From Thermoplasmata archaeon (lineage in GTDB: Archaea; Thermoplasmatota; Thermoplasmata; UBA10834): 50,542 nt of DNA. The stretch covers positions 1-50,542 of the forward strand of contig JBGOXV010000001.1 of NCBI GenBank assembly GCA_041479325.1, given 5' to 3'. This document shows, in pieces, positions 1 to 9,061 of this stretch. A model generated the notes under the pieces. The model was not told where the DNA came from and did no database searches. It saw nothing but the letters and a program-made list of their open reading frames with translations. The position numbers were made by a program, and so were the translations under genes. The stretch's first letter is position 1. Each line of letters starts with the position of its first letter.

Positions 1-2
1 TC

Positions 3-431
3 CGGGGCGTGCTCGTGGAGATCAGGGAAGGCTCCGGACTCATCATGCGCTGCCCGGAGTGCAAGCGCGCGCTCCAGAAAGGCACCTGCAAGATACACGG
101 ACGGGTGGAGGGATTCCCGGACCTGAGGATCAAGGCCATGCTCGATGACGGGAGTGGCGCGGTCGGCGTGGTGATGAACCGCGAGCTGACCGAGAGATTG
201 ATGAACATCACCCTGGATGAATCTATGCAGAAGGCGAAGGAGTCGATGAACTTCGACGTCGTCAAGGACGCGATGGACGACTCGCTCACGCTCAAGCTCG
301 TGACCGCATCGGGATCCATCACTTCGGACCAGTACGGCCTCTCGATGATCGTCAAGGACGCTCAGATGGCCAAGGTGGACGTGAAGGAGGAGGCCGAGAG
401 GGTCCTCGTGGAGCTGGAGGCGCAGGAATGA
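3..431 (+). CDS. Replication protein A large-subunit-like protein, C-terminal part (5' end outside window)
   Basis: The reading frame is open to the window edge. It has a zinc finger (CPEC-x8-C-x2-H, in RCPECKRALQKGTCKIHG) followed by an OB-fold-like region, as in euryarchaeal RPA41-type proteins. Its stop overlaps the start of the next RPA-like gene (ATGA at 428-431). Confidence 0.6.
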   Translation, partial: RGVLVEIREGSGLIMRCPECKRALQKGTCKIHGRVEGFPDLRIKAMLDDGSGAVGVVMNRELTERLMNITLDESMQKAKESMNFDVVKDAMDDSLTLKLVTASGSITSDQYGLSMIVKDAQMAKVDVKEEAERVLVELEAQE

Positions 432-1357
432 ACGCCCGGGAGGTGGCCTGGAGGGTCTTCGCCGAGGAGTACAACTCCTCCGTGCTGGAACATTCAGGAG
501 AAGGCGAGAAACCCGTCTCGTACATCATCACCCCGCTCGGCGCCAAGGTGAACCGCATGCTCGTGGTCGGCGTGGTCACGGACATCGAGGACGTGGGCGA
601 GGAGGGGAAACAGAGATACAGGGCAAGGATAACCGACCCCACCGGAATGTTCTACGTATCCGCGGGCGAGTACCAGCCGTCCGCTGCCGCGTCCTTATCC
701 AAGATGTCCCCACCCGCATTCGCGGCGGTGGTCGGCAAGAGCAGGGCCTACACGCCCGAGGAGGGCGTCAAGTACCTCAGCATCAGGCCCGAGAGGATAC
801 GCGAGACGGACGCCGAGGCGAGGGACTACTGGGTCCTGGAGACCGCGAAGAGCACACTGCTGAGGATCGAGGCCGTCGAAGAGGGGCTGAACATGTCCCC
901 GCCGACGGTCGCAGGCCTCATGAAACTTGGTTACCCTGGGAATCTTGCGGACGGTGTCGTCCGCGCGATTGAGTTCTACAAGGACATCGACACGGACCGC
1001 TTCAGGGGCGCCGTCAGGGACGCGCTGAGGTCCATCCTGCCCGAGACGAGGGAGAGACCTCGGACGGAGAAGGCACCGACGACGTCGAAGAGGGCGAGGG
1101 CTGCCCCGAAGGACGCGCCGCAGGAAACCAAAGAGGAGGAACTCCACGAGGTCGACGTCGGAGCGGACGAGGAGGAGGTCGTGCTCAAGCTCATGGATTC
1201 GCTCGATTCGGGCGCCAGGGGGACGCCCTGGGACAAGATCGTCGAGGCCGCCGTGGCCAAGAAGATCGACAAGGTCCGGCTCGAGGAGATCATCGCCAAA
1301 CTGCTGGACAAGGGAGAGATATACGAGCCAGAGCTGGGCATGATGAAGAGAATCTAA
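428..1357 (+). CDS. RPA32-like single-stranded DNA-binding protein (OB fold, acidic/basic linker, C-terminal winged-helix-like domain)
   Basis: 309-aa ORF translationally coupled to the upstream RPA fragment. The N-terminus (VAWRVFAEEYN...YIITPLGAKVNRMLVVGVV) resembles euryarchaeal RPA32. A K/E/R-rich linker is followed by a C-terminal LLDKGEIYEPELGMMK winged-helix-like end. Confidence 0.6.
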   Translation: MNAREVAWRVFAEEYNSSVLEHSGEGEKPVSYIITPLGAKVNRMLVVGVVTDIEDVGEEGKQRYRARITDPTGMFYVSAGEYQPSAAASLSKMSPPAFAAVVGKSRAYTPEEGVKYLSIRPERIRETDAEARDYWVLETAKSTLLRIEAVEEGLNMSPPTVAGLMKLGYPGNLADGVVRAIEFYKDIDTDRFRGAVRDALRSILPETRERPRTEKAPTTSKRARAAPKDAPQETKEEELHEVDVGADEEEVVLKLMDSLDSGARGTPWDKIVEAAVAKKIDKVRLEEIIAKLLDKGEIYEPELGMMKRI

Positions 1358-1399
1358 GGAAAAAGAGCTAGGGGAAATGGTTTGGTCGAGCTAGGTCGA

Positions 1400-1822
1400 C
1401 TAGTTTGTGAACTCGTCCTTCGACACCGCGATCAGGATCAGCCCGATCAGTCCGAGGATCGATGGAACAACGAATATCCCGCCTATGAGGGCAAGTGCGA
1501 AGTTCTTCTTCTGGATGGCGAATATCCCGCCAAGGATGGCGAGGATCCCCAGGACCAGCAAGACCGCCCCGCACACCACCCCGCCTCCGAATAGGAATGC
1601 GGAGCTGCCAGCCGCTAGTACCGCTCCGCCGATAAGATAGCCGATTCCGGGGAGCATTATCAGAATCCCGCCGATCACGGGCATCGCTGATTCCTTCTTC
1701 GGCGGCGGCATCATCGCGACTCGGTAGTCATGGCCACAGTACGGGCAGACGTTCGCGTCCCACGAGAAGGCTCTCCCGCAGGACACGCAGTTCCTCGTGC
1801 CTTGAGTTCCTGAAGATTGCAT
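1400..1822 (-). CDS. Zinc-ribbon membrane protein (paralogue 1)
   Basis: N-terminal C-x2-C-x11-C-x2-C zinc ribbon (CVSCGRAFSWDANVCPYCGHDY), followed by Gly-rich hydrophobic helices. GC3-rich codons. Confidence 0.65.
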   Translation of the reverse strand: MQSSGTQGTRNCVSCGRAFSWDANVCPYCGHDYRVAMMPPPKKESAMPVIGGILIMLPGIGYLIGGAVLAAGSSAFLFGGGVVCGAVLLVLGILAILGGIFAIQKKNFALALIGGIFVVPSILGLIGLILIAVSKDEFTN

Positions 1823-1960
1823 TGATTACCTCTCCTCTTTTCGGCAGGCCACCCCGGCCCCCGAGTGACATGGACATAAGTATTGAAAATGATTGCCATC
1901 GAGAATGCAAAATTGAATAAAGGAAGTGGTTTCAGGCGCTTCAGCGAGCCTTTATCGCGC

Positions 1961-2455
1961 TCAGTCGAAGTCCTTCTTCCCGACTGCGACCAGGATCAGG
2001 CCAACCAACGCGAGCAGGCTTCCCAACCCATACGGCCCAATCGCGAGCAACCCAAGCACGCCGCCAAGTATGACGAGGCCGAAGTGCTTTCGCATTATGC
2101 CGAAGAACCCGCCAACGACCGCGACTAGCCCAAATATGAGGAAGATCGCGCCGCAGACCAGCAGTATGTTGTGGAGGGTGCCTTCCACGTCGCCAACGTT
2201 GGGAATTCCAAGCCCGCCGAAGTCGGTCGTGTTGATGGCCAGGAATAGCCCGCCTATGATCAGTCCCATGATTCCTGAGATGAGGATCAAGACCCCGCCC
2301 ACTACAGACAGCATCCCCTTCTCATGCGGAGCAACTGCCGGGCCTGCCATGACGGCCCTGTAGTCGTGCCCGCAGTACGGGCACACGTTCGCATCGAAAG
2401 CTATCGATTTTCCACACTGCACACAATTCCTAGTAGTCCCACCTGCGCTTGTCAT
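1961..2455 (-). CDS. Zinc-ribbon membrane protein (paralogue 2)
   Basis: Same N-terminal ribbon (CVQCGKSIAFDANVCPYCGHDY) and Gly-rich TM helices as the 1400-1822 gene. The two are tandem paralogues. Confidence 0.65.
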   Translation of the reverse strand: MTSAGGTTRNCVQCGKSIAFDANVCPYCGHDYRAVMAGPAVAPHEKGMLSVVGGVLILISGIMGLIIGGLFLAINTTDFGGLGIPNVGDVEGTLHNILLVCGAIFLIFGLVAVVGGFFGIMRKHFGLVILGGVLGLLAIGPYGLGSLLALVGLILVAVGKKDFD

Positions 2456-2584
2456 CTTACACCTTCCGCTAGGGAGAAGAGAGAGTTCGCCTGCTGGTGC
2501 CCATCCCTTCTACTACATACTGAATGGGTTGGTCATATTATTTAATATTCTGTATTTTTGACGCTTCCGGCCAGAAAAACGACC

Positions 2585-3148
2585 TCAAACCCCGCTTTTC
2601 GCGGGTTCTGGCGGGGCCGGGGTAGGCTTGGGTCTTGGCTGGTCGTCCTTGAAGGCGAATATGAAATGGGCTAGGAGCAGGGCGCATGCCACTCCAGCTG
2701 TGGTGCCCGTGATGAGCCGAAGAGGGTTGTTCGATAAATAGCTCGTGAGGGCCTGCATCCCGCCATCGATCCCCATGGGGACCAACCCAAGGACCGCAAG
2801 AACGGGGTGTATCTTGTAGCGCACGAACAGTAGCGCACCGAATCCCACCGCCAAACCGAGGAAGATCCCGAAGTCCCTCGAGCAGAAAGGCAGTTGGTTG
2901 CCGTTGAGGTAGTAGCTCCTCGAGGCCAACTGATGGCATTCTCCGTCCCCAATCCAGTAGATCGCATGAGGCAGGGGAGACAAGCTCGCGAACTGGGCAT
3001 CGTTGTCGTGGTAACCGACCCGGCCCGAAAGGTCCAGAAGCGTGTGGGAGGGCACCATGAGAGGGGCGGTCACAACTAGCGCGAACCAGACGAGGCTGAA
3101 AACGAAGGCGGTGAGTATCCCGTAGGATGTGAGCTTCGGCAGGTTCAT
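2585..3148 (-). CDS. DUF2085-like integral membrane protein
   Basis: The motif CHQLASRSYYLNGNQLPFCSRDFGIFLG matches the CHQ...RS....P.C.R..G pattern of DUF2085. It has multiple TM helices. I chose the start at MNLPKL (3148) because the longer track ORF (to 3316) would run into the upstream gene. Confidence 0.55.
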   Translation of the reverse strand: MNLPKLTSYGILTAFVFSLVWFALVVTAPLMVPSHTLLDLSGRVGYHDNDAQFASLSPLPHAIYWIGDGECHQLASRSYYLNGNQLPFCSRDFGIFLGLAVGFGALLFVRYKIHPVLAVLGLVPMGIDGGMQALTSYLSNNPLRLITGTTAGVACALLLAHFIFAFKDDQPRPKPTPAPPEPAKSGV

Positions 3149-3177
3149 TGCCCACCGGAGCGACACTGGACTTAATG

Positions 3178-3993
3178 TCACTTCCCTATTACAACCGCCG
3201 CGTAGCCCACGACTTCGCTCATGGGGGTCACATCTCCGGATGTGGCATACTTGAGCAATGTGGCGGTGCCGCCAGAGCACGCCGTCATCGTCGCGATGAC
3301 CGGACCGTACCCGCACATGGAAATGTTGTTCTCCTGGACCGCCTTGAAGAGCGACTTCGCATCCATCGCCTTGATCGCGTCGAGCACCATCGCGTCCTTC
3401 TTCTTCGCCACGTCCTTCGGGACGTAGTGCGAGAGGTCCGTCGATGCGATAACGACCACGTCCTTTCCCTTGATCGCGCCCTTGATCGTCTTGCCCAATG
3501 ACACCGCGGAATCGTAGTCCTGGAAGCCCATGCAGATGGGCACGAGCTTGAAATCATTGGAGAAGTACTGGAGGAACGGTAGCTGCACCTCGATCGAGTG
3601 CTCGTATCGATGCGCCTCAGCGTCCCCGTCCACGATATCCCGCCGCACATCCTTGGCGAGCTCGCGGTCGACATGCACGACCCCGAGCGGGGTCTGGAAA
3701 TCATCGGTGGCGACTGCGAGGCCCGAGCCTCGGCCAGTGTGATTCGGTCCGAGGATGATGAAGGTCTTTGGAAAGCCGTCCTCCGCGAGTCGCCCGTATA
3801 GGTTGGCTGCCACCGCCCCGGAGTAGATGTACCCCGCGTGCGGGACAACCCCGCCGAGTATCGACCGCTTGCCTTTGGCCAATGTGGGCAGCTTCCCCGG
3901 TCCGAGCGGGTCCATGAAGCATTTCTCTATCTGACCTCTCAAAGCCATCTCATCAGCGGCATAGAACTGACCTGCGACAGTAGGATGTCTCAT
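3178..3993 (-). CDS. MEMO1-family protein (AmmeMemoRadiSam system protein B)
   Basis: MRHPTVAGQFY....L...I, VVPHAGYIYSG, and later DLSHY motifs are typical of the Memo/AmmeMemoRadiSam-B family. The start was set at the Met preceded by GGAGG. The track ORF extends to 4035. Confidence 0.75.
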   Translation of the reverse strand: MRHPTVAGQFYAADEMALRGQIEKCFMDPLGPGKLPTLAKGKRSILGGVVPHAGYIYSGAVAANLYGRLAEDGFPKTFIILGPNHTGRGSGLAVATDDFQTPLGVVHVDRELAKDVRRDIVDGDAEAHRYEHSIEVQLPFLQYFSNDFKLVPICMGFQDYDSAVSLGKTIKGAIKGKDVVVIASTDLSHYVPKDVAKKKDAMVLDAIKAMDAKSLFKAVQENNISMCGYGPVIATMTACSGGTATLLKYATSGDVTPMSEVVGYAAVVIGK

Positions 3994-4074
3994 CTTCCTC
4001 CGCACCGTAGGCTGAGCATGTGAGTCGATAAGCAATAGCCTTTCGGAGGGACAATCTTATGTCGGCCCGTACGA

Positions 4075-4710
4075 CTAGAGTGATGCCTCGAACTCCTCGA
4101 CCGTCATCTTGAAGTCCTCGTCCGAGGCCAGTTGATCTCTAGCCTTGAGGACCTCCCTCGTGAGGAGCCAGTAGACGGTCGCGAGCGCCCGTCTGCCCTT
4201 GTTGTTCGACGGTATGACGAGATCGACGTACTTGGTCTCGTTGTTAGCGTCGCAGATGCCTACGATCGGTATCCCCACATTCACCCCTTCCCTGAGCGCC
4301 TGCTCGTCGGCGGCGGGGTCCGTGACGAAAAGGGTCTCCGGCTCGGTGAACTTCGGAAGGATCGGGTTGGTCAGGGAACCAGGGACGAACCTGCCCGCGA
4401 CCACCGTCGCGCCGATGCTCTTGCCGAAGACCTTCGCCGGCTTCTGGCCGTACTGCCTGGCGGAGACTATGAGTATCTTCGAGGGATCGAACCTCGCAAG
4501 GAACTTCGATGCGATGCGAATCCTCTCGTCGGTCTTCTTAACGTCCAGGACATAGAGCCCGTCTGTCCTGACCTTGAAAATGAACTCCTTCATGTCGGCG
4601 CTCTTCTGCTGAGTGCCGATGTGTACTCCGGATGTGAGGTAGACGTCCTCCGGGATAAGTAGCCCAGAACCTGGCTCGGTCTGCGTTAGTGTATCAGTCG
4701 CCTCGTCCAT
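4075..4710 (-). CDS. rps2: 30S ribosomal protein S2 (uS2)
   Basis: [20 protein letters not shown]...[16 protein letters not shown]... and the C-terminal [15 protein letters not shown] are characteristic of archaeal uS2. It lies 9 nt downstream of rpoK, the conserved archaeal neighbourhood. Confidence 0.95.
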   Translation of the reverse strand: MDEATDTLTQTEPGSGLLIPEDVYLTSGVHIGTQQKSADMKEFIFKVRTDGLYVLDVKKTDERIRIASKFLARFDPSKILIVSARQYGQKPAKVFGKSIGATVVAGRFVPGSLTNPILPKFTEPETLFVTDPAADEQALREGVNVGIPIVGICDANNETKYVDLVIPSNNKGRRALATVYWLLTREVLKARDQLASDEDFKMTVEEFEASL

Positions 4711-4719
4711 CAGTACTCC

Positions 4720-4893
4720 TCAGGTTTCTCTCTTGACAGTCATCGGGATGACGCCCTTCTCGTACTCCATAATAGAAATGGAGATCGGGTCGATGATGTC
4801 CTCGGGGGCTTCGACGAGTATTGGGGCGCCGAGACTTATCTGAAGCGCCCGCGCGCCGATAATCCTAGCCTTCTCAAAGCGAGTATACTTCAA
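4720..4893 (-). CDS. rpoK: DNA-directed RNA polymerase subunit K (Rpo6)
   Basis: KYTRFEKARIIGARALQISLGAPILVE is the RpoK signature. I prefer the in-frame TTG at 4893 (57 aa, the usual RpoK length) over the track start at 4995 (also TTG). A TATATAAA box lies inside the putative N-terminal extension, which also has lower GC3. Confidence 0.85.
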   Translation of the reverse strand: MKYTRFEKARIIGARALQISLGAPILVEAPEDIIDPISISIMEYEKGVIPMTVKRET

Positions 4894-5232
4894 ATGCGCA
4901 TCCTCTCTGTCGTGGAGGTATCCCCTAAAATGTGGCCCCTTTATATACGTTTGGGGCGGAATGGATTCCTCTCCGTCGGAGATTATACCAGCCAAGATGG
5001 GCTTCTGCCGCTCCCGACATGTATTTGCACATTTAATATATAATTATCATTATATGTTGTTTTAGATTGCTTGAGCTCATGTCGTGATGAGATGCAGGAA
5101 TCCTCCTCGGCCAGCAATTCCAATCCGGTTATCGTACCTGCATGTTCGAAATCGTCTTATTTTTGAGCCGAAAACCACCGTTCTTCCACAACTGATTTAT
5201 CGAGATGTTGCTTCTCGAATGACCACAGAGGA

Positions 5233-6582
5233 ATGAAGATGCCCAAAGTTCCGAACATCAGAGTGGAGCCTCCCGGCCCGGAGGCCAAGAAAGTCGTCGC
5301 ACAGGACAACGAGTACCTCGTGAAGGCCACAAAGACCGCGCCCCTTGTCTTCAAGAAGGCAGAGGGATCTGTGATCGAAGACGTCGATGGGAACACCTAC
5401 CTCGACTTCTACGCTGGGGTCGGAGTGCTCAATGTCGGCGCAAGGCACCCGAGGGTAGTCGCGGCCGTGAGCGACCAGCTCGGCAAGTACATGCACGTCG
5501 CAGGGACGGATTTCTACGAGCCGCTCCAGTCCAGGCTCGCCGAGAGACTGGCCAAGACCGCGCCGGGAAAGAACAAGAAGATGGTGTTCTTCTCCAACAC
5601 CGGTGCAGAGTCGGTCGAATCCGCGATCAAGATCGCCAAGAGAGGAACTGGCAAGCAGTGCTTCCTGGACTTCCTCGGGGCGTTCCATGGGAGGACGAAC
5701 GGGGCCATGACTCTCACCGCGAGCAAGTGGGTGCAGAGGGAGGGATACACGGCCACACTCATGCCGGGCGTCTTCCACGTGCCGTACGCCTACTGCTACA
5801 GGTGCGTCTACAAGATGGAGTACCCGAGCTGTGGAACATACTGCGCCAAGGTCATCGAAGAAGTGTATTTCGAGAACCAGATCCCGCCGAACGACCTCGC
5901 AGCGATCTGCATGGAGGTCGTCCAGGGAGAAGGCGGGTATGTCGTGCCGCCAAAGACCTTCGTGAAGGAGGTCTTCGACCTCACGAGGAAGTACAAGTGC
6001 CTGTTCATCGACGACGAGGTCCAGTCTGGCGTAGGCAGGACGGGGAAGATGTGGGCCGCTGAGCACTTCGACATCGCGCCCGACATCATATGCGCCGCGA
6101 AGTCGCTCGGGGGCGGACTCCCGCTCGGAGCCACGATCGTTGATGCCAAGCTGAACTTCGACAGGTACGGCCGCCACTCGAACACCTTTGGTGGAGTCTC
6201 GCTCGCACATGCGGCTGCCCTCGCAACTCTTGACGTCATAGAGGATGAGAAGCTCCTGGACCGCGGGTTGAAGGTCGGGAAGGAGACCAAGAAGCGCCTC
6301 GAGGAGATGATGGGGAAGTACGACATCATCGGCGACACCCGTGGCCTCGGCATGATGCTGGCTCACGAGTTCGTGCAAGACAGGAAGACCAAGAAGCACG
6401 CCTCGAAGAGCCGGGACAAGATCGCGGACATGGCGTTCAAGAAGGGGCTGATGCTCTTGCCCTGCGGAAAGTCCGTCATCCGATACATCCCACCGCTCAA
6501 CATACCGCAGGACCAACTGGACGCTGGCCTCGAGATCCTTGAGGACTGCATCAAGACCGTGAACAAGAACAGGGCGGACTGA
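5233..6582 (+). CDS. Class-III PLP-dependent aminotransferase (4-aminobutyrate/ornithine aminotransferase-like)
   Basis: Full-length 449-aa ORF with GVGVLNVGARHPRVV, DDEVQSGVGRTGKMWA and the PLP-lysine context AAKSLGGGLPLGA. Substrate cannot be assigned from sequence. Confidence 0.9.
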   Translation: MKMPKVPNIRVEPPGPEAKKVVAQDNEYLVKATKTAPLVFKKAEGSVIEDVDGNTYLDFYAGVGVLNVGARHPRVVAAVSDQLGKYMHVAGTDFYEPLQSRLAERLAKTAPGKNKKMVFFSNTGAESVESAIKIAKRGTGKQCFLDFLGAFHGRTNGAMTLTASKWVQREGYTATLMPGVFHVPYAYCYRCVYKMEYPSCGTYCAKVIEEVYFENQIPPNDLAAICMEVVQGEGGYVVPPKTFVKEVFDLTRKYKCLFIDDEVQSGVGRTGKMWAAEHFDIAPDIICAAKSLGGGLPLGATIVDAKLNFDRYGRHSNTFGGVSLAHAAALATLDVIEDEKLLDRGLKVGKETKKRLEEMMGKYDIIGDTRGLGMMLAHEFVQDRKTKKHASKSRDKIADMAFKKGLMLLPCGKSVIRYIPPLNIPQDQLDAGLEILEDCIKTVNKNRAD

Positions 6583-6676
6583 GCTCAAACTCTAGAAACT
6601 GACCGGCTGGGTTCGGAGGTCGTCCGAACACCAGCGGCCTTATCTTATTATCTCGCGAGATGATTTTCCTCACATC

Positions 6677-6895
6677 ATGACAGACAAACGAAGGGACGAT
6701 GACAAACTCGGCAGGCTGGCTGGGATTGCCGTCCGCAACAGGTACGACCCCGAAAGATTGGCGGCCGTGAAACGGGTGATATCTGGGAAGACAAGGTGCC
6801 CCGAATGCGATGAACCGAACAGCGCCGACCAGGAGCGTTGCAGTCACTGCGGCGCGGGATTATACCCTGGGCATCGTGACAAGAAGAAGATTTGA
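6677..6895 (+). CDS. Small zinc-ribbon protein (hypothetical)
   Basis: 72-aa ORF with CPEC-x12-CSHC. Codon third positions are mostly G/C. No recognisable family. Confidence 0.4.
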   Translation: MTDKRRDDDKLGRLAGIAVRNRYDPERLAAVKRVISGKTRCPECDEPNSADQERCSHCGAGLYPGHRDKKKI

Positions 6896-6912
6896 AGGAT
6901 CCGGACAGGACT

Positions 6913-9057
6913 CTAGCGGCCTCGACTCTCCTTGAACTTCTTCAGCTCTTCCTCCACCAGCGCCTCGTAATCCTGCCCCTTGGTTAGCGGAGCGACTTCT
7001 GTCTTCCGATCAGACTTGCCCGTGGTCGCATCGAGCTCCTTCGGCTCCTGTTGCCAGACAACGGTCCTTATCGCGAGACCGACCACCAGCAGACCGAATC
7101 CGCCCCACAGAGCGTTCATCATCGGAACGACCTTCATCTGCACCAAGGCCGTCGTGTTGCTCATCCAAGAGAAGTCCAAGTAGAGGTCGTTTGCCAAGGA
7201 CTTGTACACGTAGACCTCGGCGTTGACGACATGGGGCGCTTTAGCACTGTCCTTTTCGGTGAGGTAGAGGTCCGTCAGGACGAGGCCGGAACGGAGTGTG
7301 TGGCCAGAACTCATTATGTCCATCGTGCTCTCCCGAACCGCATTCACGCTTGTCGCTCCCGCGCCTGAGCTCACGTCCCTGGCCGTCAATGCGACCAATC
7401 GCACCGTGTAGTCGCCCACCTTCGCCTCTTGGCCGATAGACATCTCGACAGACGTGGTGCCGCTCACAAGATTCGCAGGGAGGGACTGCATGTTCGTGGA
7501 TATGATGAAACTCACAAGGACCAAGGCCACGCCAAGGTGGATGAGGTGTGGGCTTGCTTTCTGAAGCGTCTTCCTGATGGATCCCACGACCCGCGACTTC
7601 GCCAACTTCACGATCGAGACCGCGAGCGCGACCGCGTAGGCTGGAAGGCTGAATGCGACCAGAGCGTCGATCCAACCTGTCGCAGCGCCGATGACCCCTG
7701 CCACGATCGAAGCCACGATCAAACCCGAGCCAAGAATGAATGCGATCTCCTTGCCGATGAACCTCCAGACCAGGCACAGGCTCATGGTCGTCATCAGTCC
7801 CACGAAGAATATGGACATCTTCTGGTTGAACTCCGCGTAGTTGGATCCCTGCGATGCGTTCATGTTCTTAAACATGAGCAGCAGCATCACAGCGCTGGTG
7901 ACGATGAGCAGGATGACAGTCAACATCATGTTGTTCTTGTCGCTGATGTACTCGCTCAGCTTCTCTGGCTCTGGCTGCTCCTCTGGCCTTTCCATGGACC
8001 TGTAACGTGAATACGCCAGTAGCACGGTCAGGGCGAACAGCGACAACATGAGAGAGAAGATGCCAAGAACAGTGCCATCGTTCTGGAGCAAGTACGCAAG
8101 CCTAGCGACGCCGCTGGTCCCGACCGAGCTCCCGAATCCGTGCACAGATGATGTCCACAGGCTGCCTGCACGGGTGGCGAACGTCGCGAAGACGACCGCG
8201 ACGAAAGAAAGCATGCCCAGCACCGGGGACCAGAGCTTGTACTCCCCCTTCCTTGAATGTCTTATTAGTGTGTGGAGGAAGGCAGTGGCGATTAGCCACG
8301 GCAGTAGCGAGGCGGTCTCGACCGGGTCCCACGCCCAGTATCCACCCCAACCAAGCACGTAATATGCCCAGATGGCACCGATGCCGATGCCCAACGTGAG
8401 GAAGATCCAGCCGAGCCTGGTCCACGGGAGCGATATCTTGAACCAGTTCTGGTCGTCCGAAACAATATAGGCAAGCGCGGCTGCGAAGGCAGCGACGCAG
8501 AAGGCGTATCCGGCGAACACCACTGGAGGATGGATCACCATCTCGGGGGTCTGAAGTATGAGCTTCATTCCGTATCCGTTGGGCCACTGTGACTGAAGAT
8601 AGCTGCCGGTCTTCGCGAAGAGGTTCAGATTCCAAAGCAGGACCATGAAGAGTGATATGATCCCCGCGACGGTCGCCTGGAACACGCCATGGAACTTGGT
8701 GCTGAGGTACTCCCTCTTGGATTCCAAGAAGACCTCGACGATGAGCACCAAGGCCATGAACCATATCCAGAGCAGGAGCGAGCCTTCCGCGCCCGCCCAT
8801 ACGCCGGAGAGCTTGTACACCGCGCTCAGATCTGTGGATGAGTTGGACCAGACGTAATAGTAGTCCATGTTCGATGACATGAAATAGAGAGTCAGCAGCA
8901 ACAGGACCGCGGTGATGGAGACGAACGTGAGGACGGACAGCACGACCGAGACCCCTGTCAAGAGCCGGTCCTTGCGGCTCATAGCGAGCATCCTGGCAAG
9001 CGCAGCGCCGATCGCGGTCAACGTCCCGATGACGATCAGGGAAGCACCAGCGTCCAT
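6913..9057 (-). CDS. ccmF: Cytochrome c-type biogenesis protein CcmF (heme lyase component)
   Basis: Polytopic membrane protein with the W-rich heme-handling motif GWGGYWAWDPVETASLLPWL and flanking His (FLHTL). It also has the N-terminal GAEGSLLLWIW motif and a C-terminal extracytoplasmic CcmF_C-like region. The start was set at ATG 9057, which is preceded by GGGGGGAGG. The track start at 9081 would overlap orfX. Confidence 0.9.
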   Translation of the reverse strand: MDAGASLIVIGTLTAIGAALARMLAMSRKDRLLTGVSVVLSVLTFVSITAVLLLLTLYFMSSNMDYYYVWSNSSTDLSAVYKLSGVWAGAEGSLLLWIWFMALVLIVEVFLESKREYLSTKFHGVFQATVAGIISLFMVLLWNLNLFAKTGSYLQSQWPNGYGMKLILQTPEMVIHPPVVFAGYAFCVAAFAAALAYIVSDDQNWFKISLPWTRLGWIFLTLGIGIGAIWAYYVLGWGGYWAWDPVETASLLPWLIATAFLHTLIRHSRKGEYKLWSPVLGMLSFVAVVFATFATRAGSLWTSSVHGFGSSVGTSGVARLAYLLQNDGTVLGIFSLMLSLFALTVLLAYSRYRSMERPEEQPEPEKLSEYISDKNNMMLTVILLIVTSAVMLLLMFKNMNASQGSNYAEFNQKMSIFFVGLMTTMSLCLVWRFIGKEIAFILGSGLIVASIVAGVIGAATGWIDALVAFSLPAYAVALAVSIVKLAKSRVVGSIRKTLQKASPHLIHLGVALVLVSFIISTNMQSLPANLVSGTTSVEMSIGQEAKVGDYTVRLVALTARDVSSGAGATSVNAVRESTMDIMSSGHTLRSGLVLTDLYLTEKDSAKAPHVVNAEVYVYKSLANDLYLDFSWMSNTTALVQMKVVPMMNALWGGFGLLVVGLAIRTVVWQQEPKELDATTGKSDRKTEVAPLTKGQDYEALVEEELKKFKESRGR

Positions 9058-9061
9058 GTCT

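Noticed and set aside
5083-5200. A GTGATGA C-box-like heptamer suggesting a C/D-box sRNA
   Set aside because: There is no CTGA D or D' box at the required spacing of about 12 nt. The nearest CTGA is more than 100 nt away, so the archaeal C/D sRNA architecture is not met.
5197-6588. 463-aa ORF on the minus strand covering the whole aminotransferase gene
   Set aside because: It is exactly antisense to a full-length, motif-rich class-III aminotransferase. Its composition is Arg/Leu/Val/Asp-rich with low complexity, typical of shadow ORFs in GC-rich DNA, and it has no recognisable motifs.
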